Assembly: GCA_008632985.1 (NCBI GenBank)
Contig: QPGO01000076.1
Location: 310,001 to 374,000, forward strand
Source of the DNA: Psammoneis japonica
Lineage: Eukaryota
Length of the DNA: 64,000 bases
Reading direction: 5' to 3'
In this document: positions 60,901-64,000 of the stretch, piece after piece
Numbering within the stretch: position 1 is the first letter of the stretch
Layout: every line of letters begins with the position of its first letter
The notes under the pieces: generated by a model
What the model saw: the letters and a program-made list of their open reading frames with translations, nothing else
Told to the model about the DNA's origin: nothing
The model's database searches: none
Position numbers and translations under genes: made by a program

Positions 60901-63900
60901 ATCCCTGCAGAGAACTCTGATGGATGTGTTGAGGTTCGTGCCTGCTGCCACCCACAGATCCAATCTACGTTGGTTGATGAGCGACTCCTCCTTCGTCAAA
61001 ATGGCCCTCGTCGTGCAGACCACAATGTTGATTGTGTCCTCAAGTTCCATGATCTCGGCACCTGCAAGTTTGTTGCACGACACCGATTGCACAAGAATCA
61101 GGACATCATCATTCATGGGAAATTGATCAATGGCAAATGCTTTGCTCACCCTCTCATCCTCCCAGAATCTAATGATGAATTGGGTGCATCTGTTGAGCGC
61201 CTCAAGACCAGTGACCCTTCCTTTGCTGATGAGTGTGAAGCAGTCTCTGTGCACATGATTGAAACATGTGACACCTGCCAACATGACGCTCTTCGTGCTG
61301 AATGCAAGTTGATCCCCCGAGTGCATCAAGATGTTCCTTTTGAAGAGCATGCAGAGAAGAATGTCCCTGTCCAATCTCTCAAGGCTGACACGGAATGCCT
61401 TTCATGGCATCAGCGACTTGGTCATCCGAGTGATCACTGCCTTTGTCATGCCCATGAACACGGTGTCCCCAAGTTTGCCCACGGAACTTCTCCTCTCGAC
61501 ACTTGTCCCACATGCACACAAGCAAAGCAGACAAAGGAACCTGCTGGTCCGAACACTGCTCTTGCTGCCACCCAACCCTGCCAAGGTCTTGCGGTTGATT
61601 TTTCTTTCTCTGGCCTGCGGTCCAAGAACTCGGAGCGCACCAAAGACTGTGTTGGATTGAATGGCGAGACTTGTTGGATCACCATCTACGATCATAAAAC
61701 GAAGCATCTCCACCGTCCAAGGCAACCCCTCTGAATTGGCTTCGCCACTTTCTGGAAGAGCACTCACCAAAATGTCCAGACAAATGTGTGTTTGTGGATC
61801 AAGGAGGTGAATTGCATCAAAACCCAGAGGTTCGGTGACTTTTCGAGGATGACTTTCACCGCGCAATTTGTCCTGCGGGAAAAGATGCTTCAAACCAGAG
61901 GTGGCCCAGTGGAACGCAGTCATTTGACTGTTGCTGATGCCATCCGGGCGATGCTCATTGGTGCCAATTTGCCCACAAAATTCTGGCCCTGTGCTTTTCA
62001 TCATTTCACTCGAATCAACAACGCTGTGCCATCCCGCGGACAACCTGCTGCTCCGATTGCTCTTGCTGAGCTGGTCGAAAGGATGATTTCAAGAACTTTC
62101 GCATGTTTGGTTGCCAAGTGTGGGTGCGTGCGTCGAATCACCGCCCAGCAAAATTTCGGTCTGTCTCTTGCAAGGGTGTTTTCTTGGGCCATCTTCCAGA
62201 CACCACCAAGAACATCCTTTGGTGTGACACCGAGACGTCGCGTGTCAAGCTTGCCAAGCACATTCATCATGATGAGGGCATGAATGATCTACCCCACGAC
62301 TCTCTTCCCCTGAATGTGGTTCACTTGGAGCATGCTCAAGATGGCAAGGCTTCACCTGCCAAGACTGAAGAATCTACGATGGACGAGCTCCACTTTCATG
62401 GGAATCCTTTTGCCAAGACCATTGCGCATACGATGAAGGGGCCGTTTGCTGATCCGACATTTGGAATTTCATTGACTGCGGATGATCTCCATCAGCAAGT
62501 GTTTGTCTCTGATGTCAAGCATGGTTCTCCTGCTGCGCGTCTTTTCTGTTCTTTGAAGGCAACCTGCAACAAGATCAAGGGTGCGTGTGTCGCATTGATT
62601 GATGATCACCCTGTCTTTGTGGCAGAGGAGGCCATCAAACGTTTTCGACAAGTCTGTGATTCTGGCAAGACTCACTTTGAAATCGAGTTTGCGCCGGAAC
62701 GTCAACTGGACTCCCAGGCTCTACAACGTGCCCTGATGGAACACAATGTCTGTGCACCGACTCCTGACCCTGATGACGAACATGTCCCGGAAATTGCCAA
62801 TGCTGACATGCATGCTGTTGCTGCCATCCGTCACCCTGATGTTGATTTTTCCGATGTGGACGATGATGACATCCCTCCGTTGATCCATGTCGACTGCGAC
62901 AATGGTGTGGTCAACATCTGCACCATTTCATCTCATGCCATTGCTCCGGAGGAACAAGCGTCAGGTGCTTTCACTCGCCATTGTCTCAAGAAGCTGGGCA
63001 CCTGGCCCGAATGGCATGTGGGTGAATTCAAACAACTTGACCAATTCCATGAGTTGGGGATGTTTGGTGCACCGATTGAATGTCCAAAGGATGCCACAGT
63101 CCTTTGTCCACATTGGCAACATGATCTCAAGCATGATGGCACGCGACGATCTTGACAATGCTGCGATGGATCTCCTTGTGCTGCGTCAATCCTCCATTGT
63201 CTTCACTCAACCCACTCCTCTTGTGTGGAACAACCTGTCCAACGCATGTTTTTTGCCCTTGCTGCGACTGTGAGCTACCCTGTGTTTGGTGGTGATGCTC
63301 ATGATGCCTGTGCACACTCTCCACGACCGTCACACCCCGTCTGTGTTGCTGTTGACGAAGCATGCGCGACTTGGCACAAGGCTCGGTTTGGCATTGATTT
63401 GGATGGGACCATGGTGCTTCCGATGCAACATGCACTTCAGGGACACCCAGAAGCCAGCGTGCTCTGGGAGATGCACATCAACGGCATTTTGTCGATGTGA
63501 ATCCACTTTTTCGCAACACCGCTCATGACAAATGCATCTGTTCTGCTGCTTTTGAGGGACACAAGATCTTGCTCCTCCATCAGGTTGATGACTTCTCCCT
63601 TGCGTGTCCTGAAGAGTCCCTTGCGATCAAGACACACGACAAGATTGGCAAAGCTCTTGAATTGGAATCGGAAACCTCCCTGCCTTTCAAGTGTCTTGGC
63701 GTGATTGAAGAGTTCAATGGTGTGGATGTTCATCAACATGATGACTCTGTTGGCATTGCTGTTCACAGCCATGTTGATCGGGTTTGCACCTCGCATGGAT
63801 GGTCGACACCGACGGAAGAGGAACTCGACGATGACTGCAAGGCTGCGCCAATCCCGGTTGACTCTTTCGTGAACTGTGCACTGCTGTTGGTCCAGCTGAA

Positions 63901-64000
63901 GGAACCCCGGAACATGCAGAGTTACAACAAGCTGCTGGTTTTGGGTGCCGCACTCCACTTGGTGAATTGTTGTGTGCGCATGTTGTCTGTCGATTGGATG
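57981..64000 (+). mobile_element. Second degenerate Ty1/copia retrotransposon, running off the window end
   Basis: Putative 5' LTR at 57981-58151 (TG...CA) followed by PBS-like GGTCATGGCC. gag ~58330-60230 with a C..C...H...C knuckle. Protease QLDAGA, pre-integrase WHQRLGHP, integrase, RT EFKQLDQF...QVDDF. Multiple stops and frameshifts. TpA-depleted. Confidence 0.88.
59257..59653. mobile_element. 397-bp MITE with 24-bp TIRs and ATGA target-site duplication, nested in gag
   Basis: GACGCGTTCCAG(CC/AC)(C/G)TAGGTGGGA-type TIRs, 22 of 24 matching. ATGA at 59253-59256 and 59654-59657. Excision restores gag TRDERKSPAVQKK. Confidence 0.9.

Overview
Eukaryotic nuclear DNA, very probably from a diatom: GT-AG introns, bipartite ASAF-type plastid targeting on enolase and a Tic110-like protein, and CoDi-type Ty1/copia elements. 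Ordinary host genes (beta-propeller protein, ADP-ribosyltransferase, acireductone dioxygenase, plastid enolase, TRIC-like channel, sulfotransferase, GH78, GT92-like, Tic110-like) alternate with five blocks that make up roughly half the window and from which the dinucleotide TpA is almost erased. There are two main discoveries. (1) A domain-restricted, strand-symmetric TpA->TpG/CpA hypermutation, the reverse of fungal RIP. It shows directly in the LTR pair of one retrotransposon, where 10 of 14 TpA sites differ, 3 of 10 CpG sites differ, and there are no other substitutions. It also converts Tyr systematically to Cys/His in both retrotransposons and in host-like pseudogenes. (2) A circularly permuted tRNA-Arg(ACG) gene at 25217-25293, with the 3' half upstream of the 5' half and the junction at 37/38. 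Also found: non-canonical CG...CG LTR termini with a 4-bp TSD, an unmutated MITE nested in a mutated gag, two foldback elements and a CTAG-rich tract. Several host genes carry 1-nt frameshifts that may be assembly errors. Counts were made by eye and domain edges are approximate.
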